Origin: Mobula birostris
Lineage: Eukaryota
DNA: 64,000 nucleotides
Direction: 5' to 3'
NCBI RefSeq assembly: GCF_030028105.1
Contig: NC_092379.1
Span: 28,823,821-28,887,820, forward strand
Shown here piece by piece: positions 25,750 to 38,470 of the stretch. The position numbers were made by a program, and so were the translations under genes. Every line of letters starts with the position of its first letter. The stretch's first letter is position 1. The notes beneath the pieces were generated by a model that had not been told where the DNA came from, searched no databases, and worked only from the letters and a program-made list of their open reading frames with translations.

Positions 25750-26183
25750 ATACTCATTGCACAAAGATATATGCTGGAGTCAGAAACATGAGCTTAAACG
25801 ATCTGCAGTTGAGCTGTCTTGTTGCCTTCCTGCAGACTAGCGGTGAATGTCACTGGGCAATCTGGATGCCGCTCCATTCTTCCTGTGCTATATACCGTCA
25901 GCAAATAATTTGGAGGTTTTCCACAATGCTGAATCCACCCAATGATATCTGCATCATCGTTGGTATAAATACAGTTCAGTGTTATGGTCTGTCATTTTTC
26001 AGCCGTTATGTCGGGAGGATCCTGCGTCACTGACTCATTAAACTAGTCGTTCCTGCAATGAAGAGCAGAATACATCAACATCGCTGTCATGTATTCAACG
26101 CCGGAGAAATTCACTGGCCGCCTTCGCAAAGACTCACCAGGCAGCACAGCCAATGCAAACGCTAATGAACAGAAGGAAATCAA
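25750..26183 (-). pseudogene. TCR V pseudogene (family A, extra Cys)
   Basis: TTG start; leader 26138-26183; exon 25750-26052 with a frameshift, TGA and TAA; contains ERHPDCPVTF. RSS CATAAAG-22-ACAAGAAAC at 25712-25749. Confidence 0.92.
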
Positions 26184-26355
26184 GCTGTCTAATTTCTTGC
26201 TGCATCGACCGGCAGCCTCCTTCCAGGTCGTAAATATCACTTAGCAGTTACTGTTGTGTGGATCGTTGAAGCGGTACCATTTATTATATGTAAAACCGGG
26301 GACATTTCCCTGGTTAAGTAATTCGCTAACGCTAAGAACCGAGCCTTTCTGAGCG

Positions 26356-26387
26356 CCAATCAGAATCCGTTTTGTTTCCATTCGTCA
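26356..26387 (-). promoter_or_regulatory. Putative V promoter module
   Basis: TGACG-19 nt-CTGATTGG, 173 bp upstream of the start codon. Confidence 0.55.
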
Positions 26388-27312
26388 TTCTGGGTTTTTC
26401 TCCGCTCGTTCAAGGTCCCGCGTCCACCTCTCCGCGCCCCCCCCCCGCGCTCTATCCCGTCTCTCTGTCTCTCTTTCTCTCTGTCTCACACACTCTCTTT
26501 CTCAGTGTGCCCAACTGCCTCCGCCCCCTGTTCTCTGCAAAATCACAGCATATTCACATAGTTATCGATGTGTAATCCAAATCAGTTATGAATTTCCACG
26601 TGGTCACTTCGTCGTCTTCGTCAATATTACGCTGGAAGTATTTGTTTAGCCATTTGTTTATTTAGTTAGTTATTTGGAGGTATATCCCATAATTGTCCCT
26701 TAGATCAACATTTATCAGTCTTCCGCCATTGAACTAGTTATTCAATATTAGCAAGTGTTCATCTGGTTGTTCCCTAATCTTTGTTTGCTCTTAGGGAGCC
26801 AATCTCCTATCCATGCCAATAAACTCCTGATAGCATCCTTTAAGCAGCCACCCCTCCTTTCACATCTGGTATCGTCCTCTCGCCTGACCCATTTCCACCC
26901 TCAGGCCACTCTATCTTTGGGGGAGCTAATGCTAATAGACGCCACCTGAAATTTATCTTCATCTAAGCATTTAGTGTTACAGCTAATAGGATGCTGTCTG
27001 GTCATTTATACCCTCAGTGTCTTTAGGTTGCACTCATCTTCACTGCTAATCCCTCAAGGTGGTGGAAAATGATGTCCAGCAAAAAAAAAAAAAAAAATAG
27101 CCACAAGATATTGGTAGAGGCAAGAAAGGGAGACATGGTCACCGAGATGTAGTGGAAATGTTCCAGAAAACTGCTACGATATCCCTAGGTAAAGCTAAAT
27201 TTAAGAAGTTTTCCACAAAGTTTGGCGCATTTTGCTGCTGAATGCCGCGTTTTAAGTTGACCACGTGATCCTAATGCTCTGTACGTGCAGCTGTTCCAGT
27301 TTCCCAGCAAAA

Positions 27313-27326
27313 GTCGCCCTCTAGTG
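27313..27326 (-). promoter_or_regulatory. RSS-proximal CTCF-type motif
   Basis: Minus strand CACTAGAGGGCGAC, 13 bp beyond the nonamer (27340-27348). Confidence 0.6.
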
Positions 27327-27378
27327 ATCACACAAGGCTGGATGTTGCCCGTAACCGCTGTCTCCCTGCAACACTGAG

Positions 27379-27671
27379 TGGTCCATTGTACAGAGGTATA
27401 CGCCAGAGTCCGGGACAAGAATTCCAGAGATATTTCAATGAGCTTATTCTGTGTTTGTGCACATCAGCGAAGACCTCGTCCAATAATCCGGAGGCCATTC
27501 TAGTGTTCCTGAACCATATAGCTTCAGCAGTATTTTTCCGAAATTTTCCGCAATGCTGAGTGTATCAAAAATGTTTGCATGAATTCGTGTATAATTTCAG
27601 TGTTATGATCTGGCTTTCGTCAGAAATGAATTTAGGAGCATCCCACATCATTCAATTGTTCCCTCTCGTCC
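27379..27671 (-). pseudogene. TCR V pseudogene exon (family C); its leader is displaced to ~30300-30345 by a CR1 insertion
   Basis: GTRGNN*MMWDAPKFISDESQIITL...NISGILVPDSGVYLCTMD; RSS relic CTCAGTG-23-GCAACATCC. Confidence 0.88.
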
Positions 27672-27681
27672 CTGACTTAGT

Positions 27682-30268
27682 CCATAAGACCGTAAGACAA
27701 AGGAGCAGAAGTCGGCCATTCGGCCCATCGAGTCCGATCCTCCATTTTATCATGAGCTGATCCATTCTCCCATTTAGTCCCACTCCCCCGACTTCTCACC
27801 ATAACCTTTCATGCCCTGGCTACTCAGATAACATCAATCTCTGCCTTAAATACACCTAATGACTTGGCCTCCACTGCTGCCCGTGGCAACAGATTCCATA
27901 GATTCACCACCCTCTTCGCTTTTCTGTTCTGAATGGGGGTCGCTTAATACTTAAGTCATGCCCTCTCGTACTAGACTCCCCCATCATGGGAAACATCTTT
28001 GCCACATCTACTCTGTCCATGCCTTTCAACATTCGAAATGTTTCTATGAGGTCTCCCCTCATACTTGTAAACTCCAAGGGATACAGTGCAAGAGCGGACA
28101 AACGTTCCTCATATATTAACCCGCTCATTCCCGGAATCATTCTAGTGAATCTTCTCTGTACCCTCTCCAAAGTCAGCACATCCTTTCTTAAATAAGGAGA
28201 CCAAAACTGCCCACAGTACTCCAACTGAGGTCTCACCAGCGCCTTAAAGAGCCTCAACATCGCATCCCTGTTCCTATACTCTATTCCTCTAGACACTTTC
28301 CAACATTGTATTTCATTTGCCACTTCTTTACCCATTCATCCAATCTATCCAAGTCTCTCTGCAGACTCTCCGTTTCCTCAGCACTACCGGCTCCTCCACC
28401 TATCGTCGTTTCGTCAGCAAATTTAGCCACAAAGCCATCTATTCCATAATCCAAATCGTTGATGTACAATGTAGAAAGAAGCGGCCCCAACACGGTCCCC
28501 TGTGGAACACCACTGGTAACCGGCAGCCAACCAGAATAGGATCCCTTTATTCCCACTCTCTGTTTCTTGCCAATCAACCAAAGCTCTATCCAAGTATGTA
28601 ACTTTCCCGTAATTCCATGGGTCTTATCTTGTTATGTAGCCTCATGTGTGGCACCTTGTCAAAGGCCTTCTGAAAATCCAAGTATACAACATCCACTGCA
28701 TCTCCCTTGTCTAGCCTACCTGTAATTTCCTCAAAAAATTGTAATAGGTTTGTCCAGCAGGATTTTCCTTTAAGGAATCCATGCTGAGTTCTGCCTATCT
28801 TATCATATGCCTCCAGGTAGTCTGTAACCTCATTCTTGACAATCGATTCCAACAACTTACCGACCAGCGATGTTAAGCTAACAGGTCTATAATTTCCTTT
28901 TTGCTTCCCTGCCCCCTTAATTATATCGGAGTGATATTTGCAATCTTCCAGACCTCCGGAACCATGCCAGAATCTATCGACTTTTGAAAGATCATCGCTA
29001 ATGCCTCCGCAATCTCCACAGCTATTCCTTCAGAACACGAGGGTGCATTCCCTCTGGTCCGGGTGATTTATCTACCCTTAGACTATTCAGCTTCCTTAGT
29101 ACTTTCTCTGTCGTTATCGTGACTGCGCACACTTCTCTTCTCTGACACCATAGAGTGTCCGGTATACGCTGATGTCCTCCTCAGTGTAAACCGATGCAAA
29201 ATACTCGTTCAGTTCCTCCACCATCTCCTTATCTCCCATTACAATTTCTCCAGCATTTTTTTCAATCGGTCCTATATCTACTCTCACCTGTCTTTTACTC
29301 TTTATATACTTGAAAAAGATTTTAGTATCCTCTTTGATATTATTGGCTAGCTTCCTTTCATAGTTCATCTTTTTCCCTCTCAATGGCCTTCTTAGTTTCC
29401 TTTTGTAAGCTTTTAAAAACTTCCCAGTCCTCTGTCTTCCCACTAATTTTTGCTTCCTTGTATACCCTCTCCTTTGCTTTAACTTTGGCTTTGACTTTCT
29501 TGTCAACAACGGTTGCATCCTTTTTCCATTCGAAAATTTCTTCTTTTTTGGAATATACCTGTCTTGCACGTTCCTCACTTCTGGCATAAACTCCAGCCAC
29601 TGCTGTTCTGCTGTCTTTCCCGCCAGTGTCCCTTTCCAGTCAACTTTGGCCAGTTCCTCTCCAATGCCACTGTAATTTTCTTTACTCCACTGAAATAACG
29701 ACACATCAGATTTCGGCTTCTCTTTTTCAAATTTCACAGTAAACTCAATCATGTTATGATCACTGCCTCCTAAGGGTTGCTTCACCTCAATCTCTCTAAT
29801 CACCTCTGGTTCATTACACAATACCCAATCCAGTAGAGCCGATCCCCTAGTGGGCTCAACAATAAACTGTTCTAAAAAGCCATCTCGCAAACATTCTACA
29901 AATTCTCTCTCGAGATCCAGTGGCGACCTGATTTTCCCAACCCACTCGCAAGTTAAAATCCCCCACAATTATCTTAACACTGCCCTTCTGGCAAGCCTTT
30001 TCTATTTCCTGCTGTAATTTGTAGTCCACATCACTGCAGCTCTTTGGAGGCCTATAAATAACTGCCATCAGGGTCCTTTTACACCTGCGATTTCTTAGCC
30101 CAACCCATAATGATTCTGCACCTTCGGATCCTATAATCACCTCTTTCTAATGATTTAATATCATTTGTTACCAATAAAGCCACGCCTCCCCCTCTGTCTA
30201 CCTTCCTATCCTTCCGATACATCGTGTATCCGTGGACGTTCATCTCCCAGAGACATGCATCCTTTAGC
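27682..30268 (-). mobile_element. CR1 LINE (endonuclease, RT and 3' tail) inside a V intron
   Basis: ORF-track pieces 27904-28335, 28281-28577 (GVPQGTVLGPLL, FADET), 28586-28855 (YLDFQKAFDKVPH), 29114-29968 and 29856-30140; tail cttacggtcttatgg. Confidence 0.95.
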
Positions 30269-30299
30269 TACTGAACTAGCGTGGCACTCGCTGGTCATG

Positions 30300-30345
30300 T
30301 ATGCCGGATGACGAATGTAATTAATGATAAACGGAGGGGACACAT
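30300..30345 (-). pseudogene. Family-C leader (MCPLRLSLITFVIR), splice donor deleted
   Basis: Homologous to the leaders at 46021-46066, 38425-38470 and 52200-52245, and followed by the same intron sequence (gaccagcgagtgccacg). Confidence 0.75.
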
Positions 30346-30704
30346 ACTCGCTGGCTTCAGCCTCGGCAGAACGGCAACTTACTTCCGAGAATTTATCACT
30401 ATGTCAAGTATTGAAGATTGAAACTGTATCAAACTAGACTTCACTGTGTCCTGCTCAACGATGGCAGTTAAAACAAATTGAGGCTACATGAAGACAAATC
30501 AGAATCCGCTTTCTTTGTATTCCCATTTTTGCCTATTTCCTGACACTATAAATCTCTCTCTCTCTCTTTCTCTCATGTTATCTGAAATCATCAGCCTTTT
30601 AAGTTATCGACGAATTCCTTTTAATCTTACAGCATGCCGCTGGATATTCCTTGTCAATAGCACTCCAAATATTTATTGCCGTGGACCAGCTGGATTTGAA
30701 TGCT

Positions 30705-31200
30705 GAGGAGATACCGAAGGCACCCGTTAGAGCAAGCAAACACTGCGAACGCTGAGGTGTCCGGATCCAGTATCGTTGTGGAAATTTGAGTGCTGATCTG
30801 CGAACGCTATTCAGTGGTGTCGGGCACAACGCTCCCGAAGATAATTAAGCATTTTTTTGCCCAGAGACCAGAAAAAACTGAACGGACTGTCCTCTAGACC
30901 AAAATCTCCAATCTTGAATATTTTCATCGGTTTTCCAGAATATTCAACGCACAACATATAGGCTCTGCCAGATTCCAAGCAACTGCAACTCAGTGACATG
31001 GTCTGTCCGTCCACGTTCATTAAATCCCTCCTATTGGGTTCACAAAATCTGCCCCACTCGTCCCTGTAAGAAGTCCCGAATGTTTGAGGGGCGCCGGAAC
31101 GCAGTGACCCTGCAGGACACATTCGGACCGATTAGACAAATTCAACAGACAAAGTAGTCGATACAGAGAAATTCCAAGGGTTGGTTGTAGCGGGAACATG
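30705..31200 (-). pseudogene. Degenerate TCR V-like pseudogene (family D)
   Basis: Acceptor cttacag at 31064; GTSGADFVNP(frameshift)RRDLMNVDGQTMSLSCS...; paralog of 1390-1880. Confidence 0.6.
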
Positions 31201-31499
31201 GTACATTGCATAATGTAAACAGAGCTGGATTTGAAGATATTACTCCGATTAAAGAGAAGAAAATTCAAGTAAAGAAAAGCAGAAGGTTTCCGAGAGAACC
31301 GGCGCATCGTTTCGAAGCATATGCGGATTTTATTTCTAGATTAGGGCACTGTAGCAATCTTAAGACTGCAGTAGAGTAAATCGACTACTCCTTCAAACGC
31401 CCTCCATGCATTTTGCCTCCGCCTCACTCCGTCATGCTTCTGTTCGTCTCCTTCTTTGCTCTCTGTTACTGTCACTTTAAAGGGGGAGTTAAAGTGTTA

Positions 31500-31880
31500 T
31501 TACGTGTTATCACACATCAGGTGATTACACATGGGTTTGAGTACAGAGTACAGAGAGGAAATTAAGAACCTGGTGGCATGGTGGAAGACAATAACCTATC
31601 CCTCAACGTCAGCAAGACGAAGGAATTGGTTGTTGACTTCAGAAGGAGTAGCCGACCGCACGTCACAATTTACATCGGGGGTCCGCAAGTGGAACAGGTG
31701 AAAAGCTTTAAGTTCCTCGGGGTTAATATCACAAATGACCTTGATTAGGCCCAACAAAGCAGAGTCCGTTGCCAAGAAGGCTCACCATCCACTTTACTTC
31801 CTGAGAAAGCTAAGGAAATTTGGCCTGTCCCCTGAAACGCTCACTAATTTTTAAAGACGCACTGTAGAAAGCATTCCCAG
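31500..31880 (+). mobile_element. Rex1/Babar-type LINE fragment
   Basis: EDNNLSLNVSKTKELVVDFRRS...VEQVKSFKFLGVNITNDL...KKAH..LYFLRKLRKFGLSP motifs. Confidence 0.8.
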
Positions 31881-32283
31881 GACCAATTTTACACAGATGC
31901 TAGAATTCAACATAACAGCTTGAAAGCTATGCAATTGAGCCGTCAGTTGCCTATATGCAAACTAGTGATAAATTTTACTCGGCAATCTGGAGGCCGCTCC
32001 ATTACTGCTGTGCTATAATTTGCTACTCCACAATGTTGATTGTACGAAAATCTATCTGAATCAGCGTAACTGTAATCACATTTGAGTGCTATGGACTATC
32101 CTCTCTCAGCCGTTCAGTCGGGAGGATCCGGCGTCACTGAATGCTTCCCATTCATTTCAGCAATAAAGGACACAATGCTTCAACATAGCTGGCTTGTATT
32201 AAACGCCGGGGAAATTCGCTGGCCATCTTCGCAGGCTCCCGAGGAAACACAGCCAATGAAATCAGTCTAAAACAGAGATTAGA
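31880..32283 (-). pseudogene. TCR V pseudogene (family A); 3' end lost to Rex1, ATG lost to (TTAGA)n
   Basis: HSVTPDPPD*TAERG*SIALKCDYSYADSDRFSYNQHCG...MERPPDCRVKF, with stops and deletions. Confidence 0.85.
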
Positions 32284-32640
32284 TTAGATTAGAGTAGATT
32301 AGATCATATTAGATTCAATTTTATTGTCATTGTGCCGAGAACAGATACAAAGGCAATGAAATGCATTTATTAAGAGAGGGACAGCATGGTGTCTAATGTC
32401 TGTCTAGATCGAACGGCAGATTTATTCCAGAACGTAATTACCACTCAACAAATATTGTGGTGTGAGATCGTTTCAGCACTACCTTCACTTTATGAAAGGC
32501 CGGGGGCGTTTCCCTGGTTAAGGATTCACTGACAGGAAGAACCGAAACCTTTCCGAGCACCGAGCAGAAACAGCTTTGCTTCCATTCGTCATTCTGCTCG
32601 TTTCTCCGTTCCTTCAAGGGCGCAAGCACCCACCCCACCC

Positions 32641-32643
<3 letters not shown>

Positions 32644-32688
<45 letters not shown>
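32644..32688. repeat. (TC)n microsatellite
   Basis: Direct inspection. Confidence 0.95.
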
Positions 32689-32691
<3 letters not shown>

Positions 32692-33344
32692 AAAGGGAGA
32701 GATGGAGAGATTACTGCCGATCCCCAGTTGGGGATATCGGTAGAAAAAGAATGCTTCATACTGACTGTAACATCGAAATAGTGACTGCTGACTCCTCTCT
32801 CGCTTTTGAACGAGCCATATCAGTCTTTCATTTATTAGTGAGAGAGAGAGACAGAGAATGCCTGTAAAACGATGAAATATTACAATAAGCAGCTAGCTTT
32901 TGTTCTACTGTAGACCAAGCCCCTCTTTGTGTTTGTGGTTGTTTCGATGGTGGTTGGTGGTGGAAATGCTGATGCTTTATGCTAGAATAAGTAAGAGAGG
33001 CAGAAGCTGGTTAGGTTAATGCTGCTTGTCGCTGATTGTGCGAGCGATGTGACAGGGGAATTTTAGGTTTGTATCTTTTTTTTCTAATATTGATGCATTT
33101 TGTTTTTGTTCTGTTTTAAGGATGTCTGTGGAGACTATAAATTTCAGGTTGTGTATTTTGTACCTCTTAGATTTTAATCGGAGCCATTGAATCAAGCTGG
33201 GCATTCGTTTCGCTGTAACCTGGTACATCTGACAACAACAAATATATAATATACATACACCAGTTTCATGTAACTGTGAGCGTTTGCAAAGGGAAGGAAT
33301 ATATTAGGCTGTCCTTCATTAGTTCAGAGAACATGGGTTGAGCA

Positions 33345-33690
33345 GGAAAGTGGCGGGGTTGGTGGCTGCAGAGCGCCTATCATGACACCCTGGCGATATC
33401 TGGTGTCATGTCCCAGGGATTCGGTTCGATTCCGAACTTCCGATGCTGTCAGCGGATACTTACATGCTCAGCTTCCACAATTCCCGAGTTGCTATGTTTT
33501 TCACTGCTTGAAAAAGACGCTCTGGGTAGCACGTGTTCGTGATCGGAGGTTCAGTGAATGTACATATTAAGAGGAATTTGCGAAATTGGACAGATAAATC
33601 AGTTGACAATAAGACCATAAGATACAGGAACCAATGTAGGCCATTTGGCTTGTCGAGTCACCTCCGCCATTTCAGAGGAGAAGGTGTCAT
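33345..33690. mobile_element. tRNA-derived (HE1-like) SINE plus CR1-tail fragment; duplicate at ~46850-47190
   Basis: cccagggattcggttcgattcc B-box-like head, followed by cataagatacaggaaccaatgtaggccatt. Confidence 0.5.
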
Positions 33691-34856
33691 GATGGAATTA
33701 TTTGATACACTAAACATACAATTAAAATGATATTTTCAGAAAGTTGAAACATACCTTTGGAAACAGATGCTATCAGTTTGTGCTCCTTCGACAGTAACCG
33801 GACGTTCTCACTGTTTCTCTCTTCCATCGGTGGGAAAAAAGACAAAGTTTTCAAAGCAAGTTCCCATGAAACAACAATAGACTATTCCCACTTGCAAGAG
33901 TATTAAACTGCAGGATGAAATTGAATATTAATCTTGGTATGACCTATCTCTTTATTTCCTGCCTGTGCTGCATTTTTAGACGTCTGTTACAGTTTAGTTT
34001 TGTATCCTTTTATTGTTTTACTTTGTACTGCCTCGATAAGCTGTGCAGTGAATTCATCTGAATAAGCAGAATCAATGCAATAATGCCACAATAATTTTTA
34101 AAAAATTGTTTTTAATTTAGATATGCAGCAAAATGCTACACGTGGTGATAACATCGGATCCGTTAAATCTGACTGGGAAACAGGATTATACAAGCAATCA
34201 ATCTGTTGTGATCCCATTCCCTCTCTCTTTCTTCGCTCACTTTTATACTGAAAATGCCTGCAAAATATGAATCTCAGGATAGTGTGCGGTCACGTATATG
34301 TACTTCAATCATAAATTTAATTCAAACATTGAACCTTTTCTCATAGCTTGTGAATGCAACGACCAAAATAGTATCTGCATTCTCTAACACGCTAAGCATA
34401 GGCAGGTTCTGCCGAATTATCTAAATACTCAGTATAAATCATAAGTAGCTGCTGCAACATTCTTAGTCTCAGCAGCATATCACTTGCAATTATTTGTCAA
34501 TTGGAAAAAGTCCAATTTTCACACCCTCTGTTTTCCTTTAGTCCGCCATTGTGCCATTTAAATATATCCCGGTTCCACTCCGTCCTCATTATTTCACACT
34601 GCAGATACTTGAACAAAGTGGCCAAACACGATGTCAGACAAGGCTGTCAATCGTGATATGCCGTTGCTGCAAAAGATAGTGGGTGATTATACATTCCGGT
34701 ATCCCAGAAAGTTATAAACTCAGTTTCTGACCGCGTTGTAATCAGGAACTTCTCCTTTAGCTTCGGCGCCTTCTGCTGCTGAAAGCAGCGCTCTTAAGTA
34801 GGGCACGTGACTGTGACTGATTTCTGGGTGCGCCCTCTGCAGATTCCTCGGAAAGA

Positions 34857-34870
34857 GGCGCCCTCCAGTG
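34857..34870 (-). promoter_or_regulatory. RSS-proximal CTCF-type motif (second candidate at ~34828-34842)
   Basis: Minus strand CACTGGAGGGCGCC, 26 bp beyond the nonamer. A tandem motif CTGCAGAGGGCGCAC lies further out. Confidence 0.65.
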
Positions 34871-34896
34871 AGAGCTTTTTGCAAATATACAGAACC

Positions 34897-34935
34897 AGTT
34901 TTTGCACGGACCCGCCGTCCCCATATAACAGTGTG
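34897..34935 (-). other. 23-RSS
   Basis: CACACTG + 23 nt + GCAAAAACT. Confidence 0.92.
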
Positions 34936-35358
34936 GTGCTCGTTGCACAGAGATACATGGCAGAGTCCGACACAAGAGCTTCACGGATATTCAATTGAGA
35001 CGTCTTGCTGCCTTTCTGTAAAGTAGCAGTAATCCTCTCTGAATACCGCTGCGTTCCTCCTGTGCTATATAACTTCAGCAAATAATTTGGAGCTCCTCCA
35101 CTATGTTGAATGTACCAAAGGATATCTGCATTAGCGTCGGTGTAATTACAGTTCAGTGTTATGTTCTGTCCTTCCTCAATCGTTCTATCGAGAGGATCCT
35201 GCGTCACTGTATCTTTCCCACTCGTTCCTGCAAGAAAGGACAGAACACATCAACAACGCTGGATTGTATTGAATGCAGGGCAAATTCGCTAGTCAGCTTC
35301 TCTGAGACTCACCAGGCAGCACGGTCAATGCAATCAGCAATGAACAGAGAGAAATCAT
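34936..35358 (-). CDS. Intact TCR alpha/delta-like V gene segment (family A, short form)
   Basis: Leader 35313-35358 MISLCSLLIALTVLP; exon 34936-35227 GTSGKDTVTQDPLDRTIEEGQNITLNCNYTDANADILWYIQHSGGAPNYLLKLYSTGGTQRYSERITATLQKGSKTSQLNIREALVSDSAMYLCATS. GT-AG intron, no stops. Confidence 0.94.
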
Positions 35359-35528
35359 GGTGTCTAATTTCCGGCTGAATCGAACGGCAGTTTCCTCCAG
35401 GACTTTACTATCACAGCAGATGTTGTGGTAGTAGATTGTTTCAGCGATACATTTTACCTTGTGTAAAACCGGAGGTGATTCTCTGATTAAAAGATTGGCT
35501 GACAGAAAGAACCGAGCCTTCCTGAGCA

Positions 35529-35560
35529 CCAATCAGAAGCTGTTTTGTATCTAATCGTCA
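35529..35560 (-). promoter_or_regulatory. Putative V promoter module
   Basis: TGACG-19 nt-CTGATTGG, 171 bp upstream of the ATG. Confidence 0.6.
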
Positions 35561-35566
35561 TTCTGC

Positions 35567-35570
<4 letters not shown>

Positions 35571-35630
<60 letters not shown>
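35571..35630. repeat. (TC)n microsatellite
   Basis: Direct inspection. Confidence 0.95.
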
Positions 35631-35635
<5 letters not shown>

Positions 35636-36189
35636 TCTGTATAATCACAAGATACTCACATACCTATCAAAGTGTAATTGAACATAATTAAGACTTTTCA
35701 CGAGTTCGCTTCTTCAAATTTGACAATATCCCGCTGGAAGTATTAGATTCCTTTACTGTTTTTGTATTGGTGGTTAGTTTTTTGAAGATATATCCTACAG
35801 TAGGCCCTTAAGTCAACATGTTTCAATCTTCCTGCATTGAACTACTTATTCAAAGGTCATCAGTAATTCAACAAATATTTCCTAATCTTTGTTTGCTGCG
35901 AGGGTGCCAATTTCTTATCTATGCCAATAGACTCCTGACAGCACTTTCTGTGTAGCGATCACTTTCTTCGAAAAACAAACCTCACCTCTGGCATTTCCCT
36001 TATAATTTCTTCCATTCACCTCAAGATATCATCCTCCCGCATGAGCCATTTCCACCCTGAGGTCAAAGCGCTAGTTGTCCACTTTATTTATTCCCCTTAT
36101 CATATCATACACAGCTATTAATTTATCCCTTACTTTCCGTCGTTCCAAAAAGAAACGTCCTTGCTCCCGGAAACTGAAATGTCCCGTGG

Positions 36190-37142
36190 AGTCGGAAGTC
36201 GGAACTCCGGAACCAGAGTCTGGACAGCGACTCGGAAAGGGGTCTTCACTTGGACTCGGAACCCGGGCCTCGGCTAGGACTCGGGACTAGAATCTTGCCT
36301 AGGTCTTAGGAGGAGGACTTGGATCTGATTTGAAATTCAACTGGGACTTGGATCGGAATTGACACTCGAATGGGACCTGGAACTCCAGGCCTTGACTTAG
36401 ACTGGACTGAGACTGGACTGAAACATGAATCCTTGACTTGGACTGGACTAGAACACGAATCCCTAACCTGGACAGGACTGGAACACAAAGCCTTGACTTG
36501 GAGTGGACTGTAACACGAAACAGCGAGCCGGTGCACCTCCTTGGATACAGAATATGGGGCCGGGACTCCTCTTAGACACGGAACACAGAGCTAGGACCCC
36601 TCCTTGAGTAAAAGACAAAGGGTCGGGACTCTTCTTTTACACAGAACACTGAACACGAAGAGACAGATATCGACTCAAGGTGGCGGCAAACTGCTGGACC
36701 TACCTAGCGAAGGCGAGGACACGAACAGACAAGAATACACCACAATAGACTGTTCCTTATATTGACGAGACAAGGCCTCACTTTCACCCCGGCGGGTTAA
36801 CTTGACAGGGATTCTGACAAAGTCACAGACGCGGTTGCAGACCAGCTTACAGACGAGGTTGCAGAGAAGGTTACAGACGAGGTTACTGATGAAGGTTACT
36901 GACAAAGTTTCAGAAGAGGTTACAGACGAGGTACAGACGATGTAACTCACGGGATTCTGAAGGGAACAGTCCAACCACTATCACTGGACCCCAGAGCTAT
37001 TTATGTTGCCAGCCCGAGACAACAATCAGGTGCGTCAGTTAAGTCCCCCGATGGGACAAGGGAAAAGCAAAATAACCGGAGTACCGAATCCACGGAATGG
37101 ACCGTGAACCAAAATGCGCACTTCACGGACTGGACGGTGACA
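36190..37142 (-). mobile_element. Probable LTR-type element remnant with internal tandem arrays; duplicate at 49790-50908
   Basis: Minus-strand start TGTCAC; ~35-bp GACTTGGACTGGACT..AACACGAA repeats; 12-mer (ACAGACGAGGTT)n at ~36822-36945. No coding motif recognised. Confidence 0.4.
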
Positions 37143-37442
37143 TCCGTAAATTGTTCTGCTAAATGGAGGCCGAACTGGGGAAGTCAAAACTGAGCCTATT
37201 TAGCCAGTGATCTGAATGGAACTAGGACACTGTCTGTTTCTTAATAATTTGCTCTAATTCTAATGTATTTGTCGATCTCACACATCCGTCCTTCTTTATA
37301 CTTAAAGTGGCACTTCATTTCTAGCAATGGATCTCCGTCCTTGGTCCGTCATTCGTGACTCCCTTAAATTTTCGTCGCCGTGGCACGCTGTGTCTGTCTC
37401 TGTAGTCCAATCTAGCCCGATATTTGTGTAGCCCATACCCCC

Positions 37443-37475
<33 letters not shown>

Positions 37476-37989
37476 CACCCCTCCCCCCACCCCCCTCGCT
37501 ACCTAGCGCTGTGGGGAAATCCGTTTACAAGCTGCCATTTCACTCGGTATTCCGGTATTCAATGTCAATATGAAATAAAATCAATTGTTCTCCACTTTTA
37601 AGAAGCTAATGTTAATAGAGTCCACCTGAAATTTATCTTCATCAGAAGGATTTACATGACAGCTTAGCCGATGCTGTCTAGTCACATGCACTCGCAGTAT
37701 CTCCAGGTTGCACTCATCTTCACTGTTAATCGCGCAAGCTCGTCAAAAATTATGTCCAGACAATTGTTAACCACACAATATTGTTATAGGCAACAGACAC
37801 ACAGCATTGTTATGGACACTGAGATATAGTGAAAAATGTTTCGGAAAAATGCCACAGTAATATGAGGTAGAGCTGAACTCAAGAAGTCTTCCTCAATGTT
37901 TGGCGCATTTTGCTGCTGAATGCAGCATTTTAAGTCGACAGGGTGATCCTTATGCTTTGTGCGTGCGGCTGTTCCAGACTCCCAGCTAA

Positions 37990-38003
37990 GGCGCCCTCTA
38001 GTG
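37990..38003 (-). promoter_or_regulatory. CTCF-type motif
   Basis: Minus strand CACTAGAGGGCGCC, a near-consensus match. The adjacent RSS nonamer is deleted. Confidence 0.65.
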
Positions 38004-38043
38004 ATCACGAGTCCTGACCCACAGTGTCCCTGCAATTCTGTAG

Positions 38044-38470
38044 GGTGCATTGCACCGAGGTATACACCACAGTCTGGGACAAGAACGCCAGCTAGTATAA
38101 ATGAGCTGACTCTGCATCTGTGTATATCAGCTGAAAATCTCGCCGATCATTCTGGAGGTTTCTCCAGTGCTCCTGAGCCATATACCTTCAGCATTTATTT
38201 TTTGAGATATTCCGCCATGCTGAGTGCATCAAAAATATTTGCATTAGTTCTTGTTAATTGCAGTTTAGTGTTACGAGCTGACTTATGTCAGCCGTTAATT
38301 TGGTAGCATGCTAGATCACTGAAACTTTCTCTCTCGTCCCTGCATTAAAGGATAAAATGCACTAATATCCCTGACTTGCACTGAACTCACGCGGCACACT
38401 CTGGTCATATGTGCAGCGTCTTGCCTTTCAGAATGACGAAAATATTGAATACGAAACAAAGGGAGCACAT
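38044..38470 (-). pseudogene. TCR V pseudogene (family C)
   Basis: Leader MCSLCFVFNIFVILK with GC donor; KVSVI*HATKLTADISQLVTLNCN*; frameshifts; RSS destroyed. Confidence 0.9.

Noticed and set aside
36822-36945. Regular 12-mer array as a CRISPR-like or coding repeat
   Set aside because: There are no unique spacers, the context is eukaryotic, and it is a simple degenerate tandem repeat within a repeat element.
38020-38026. Perfect CACAGTG on the plus strand inside a spacer
   Set aside because: No nonamer at 12 or 23 bp, and it is not conserved in the 51.8 kb paralog (CGCGGTG).
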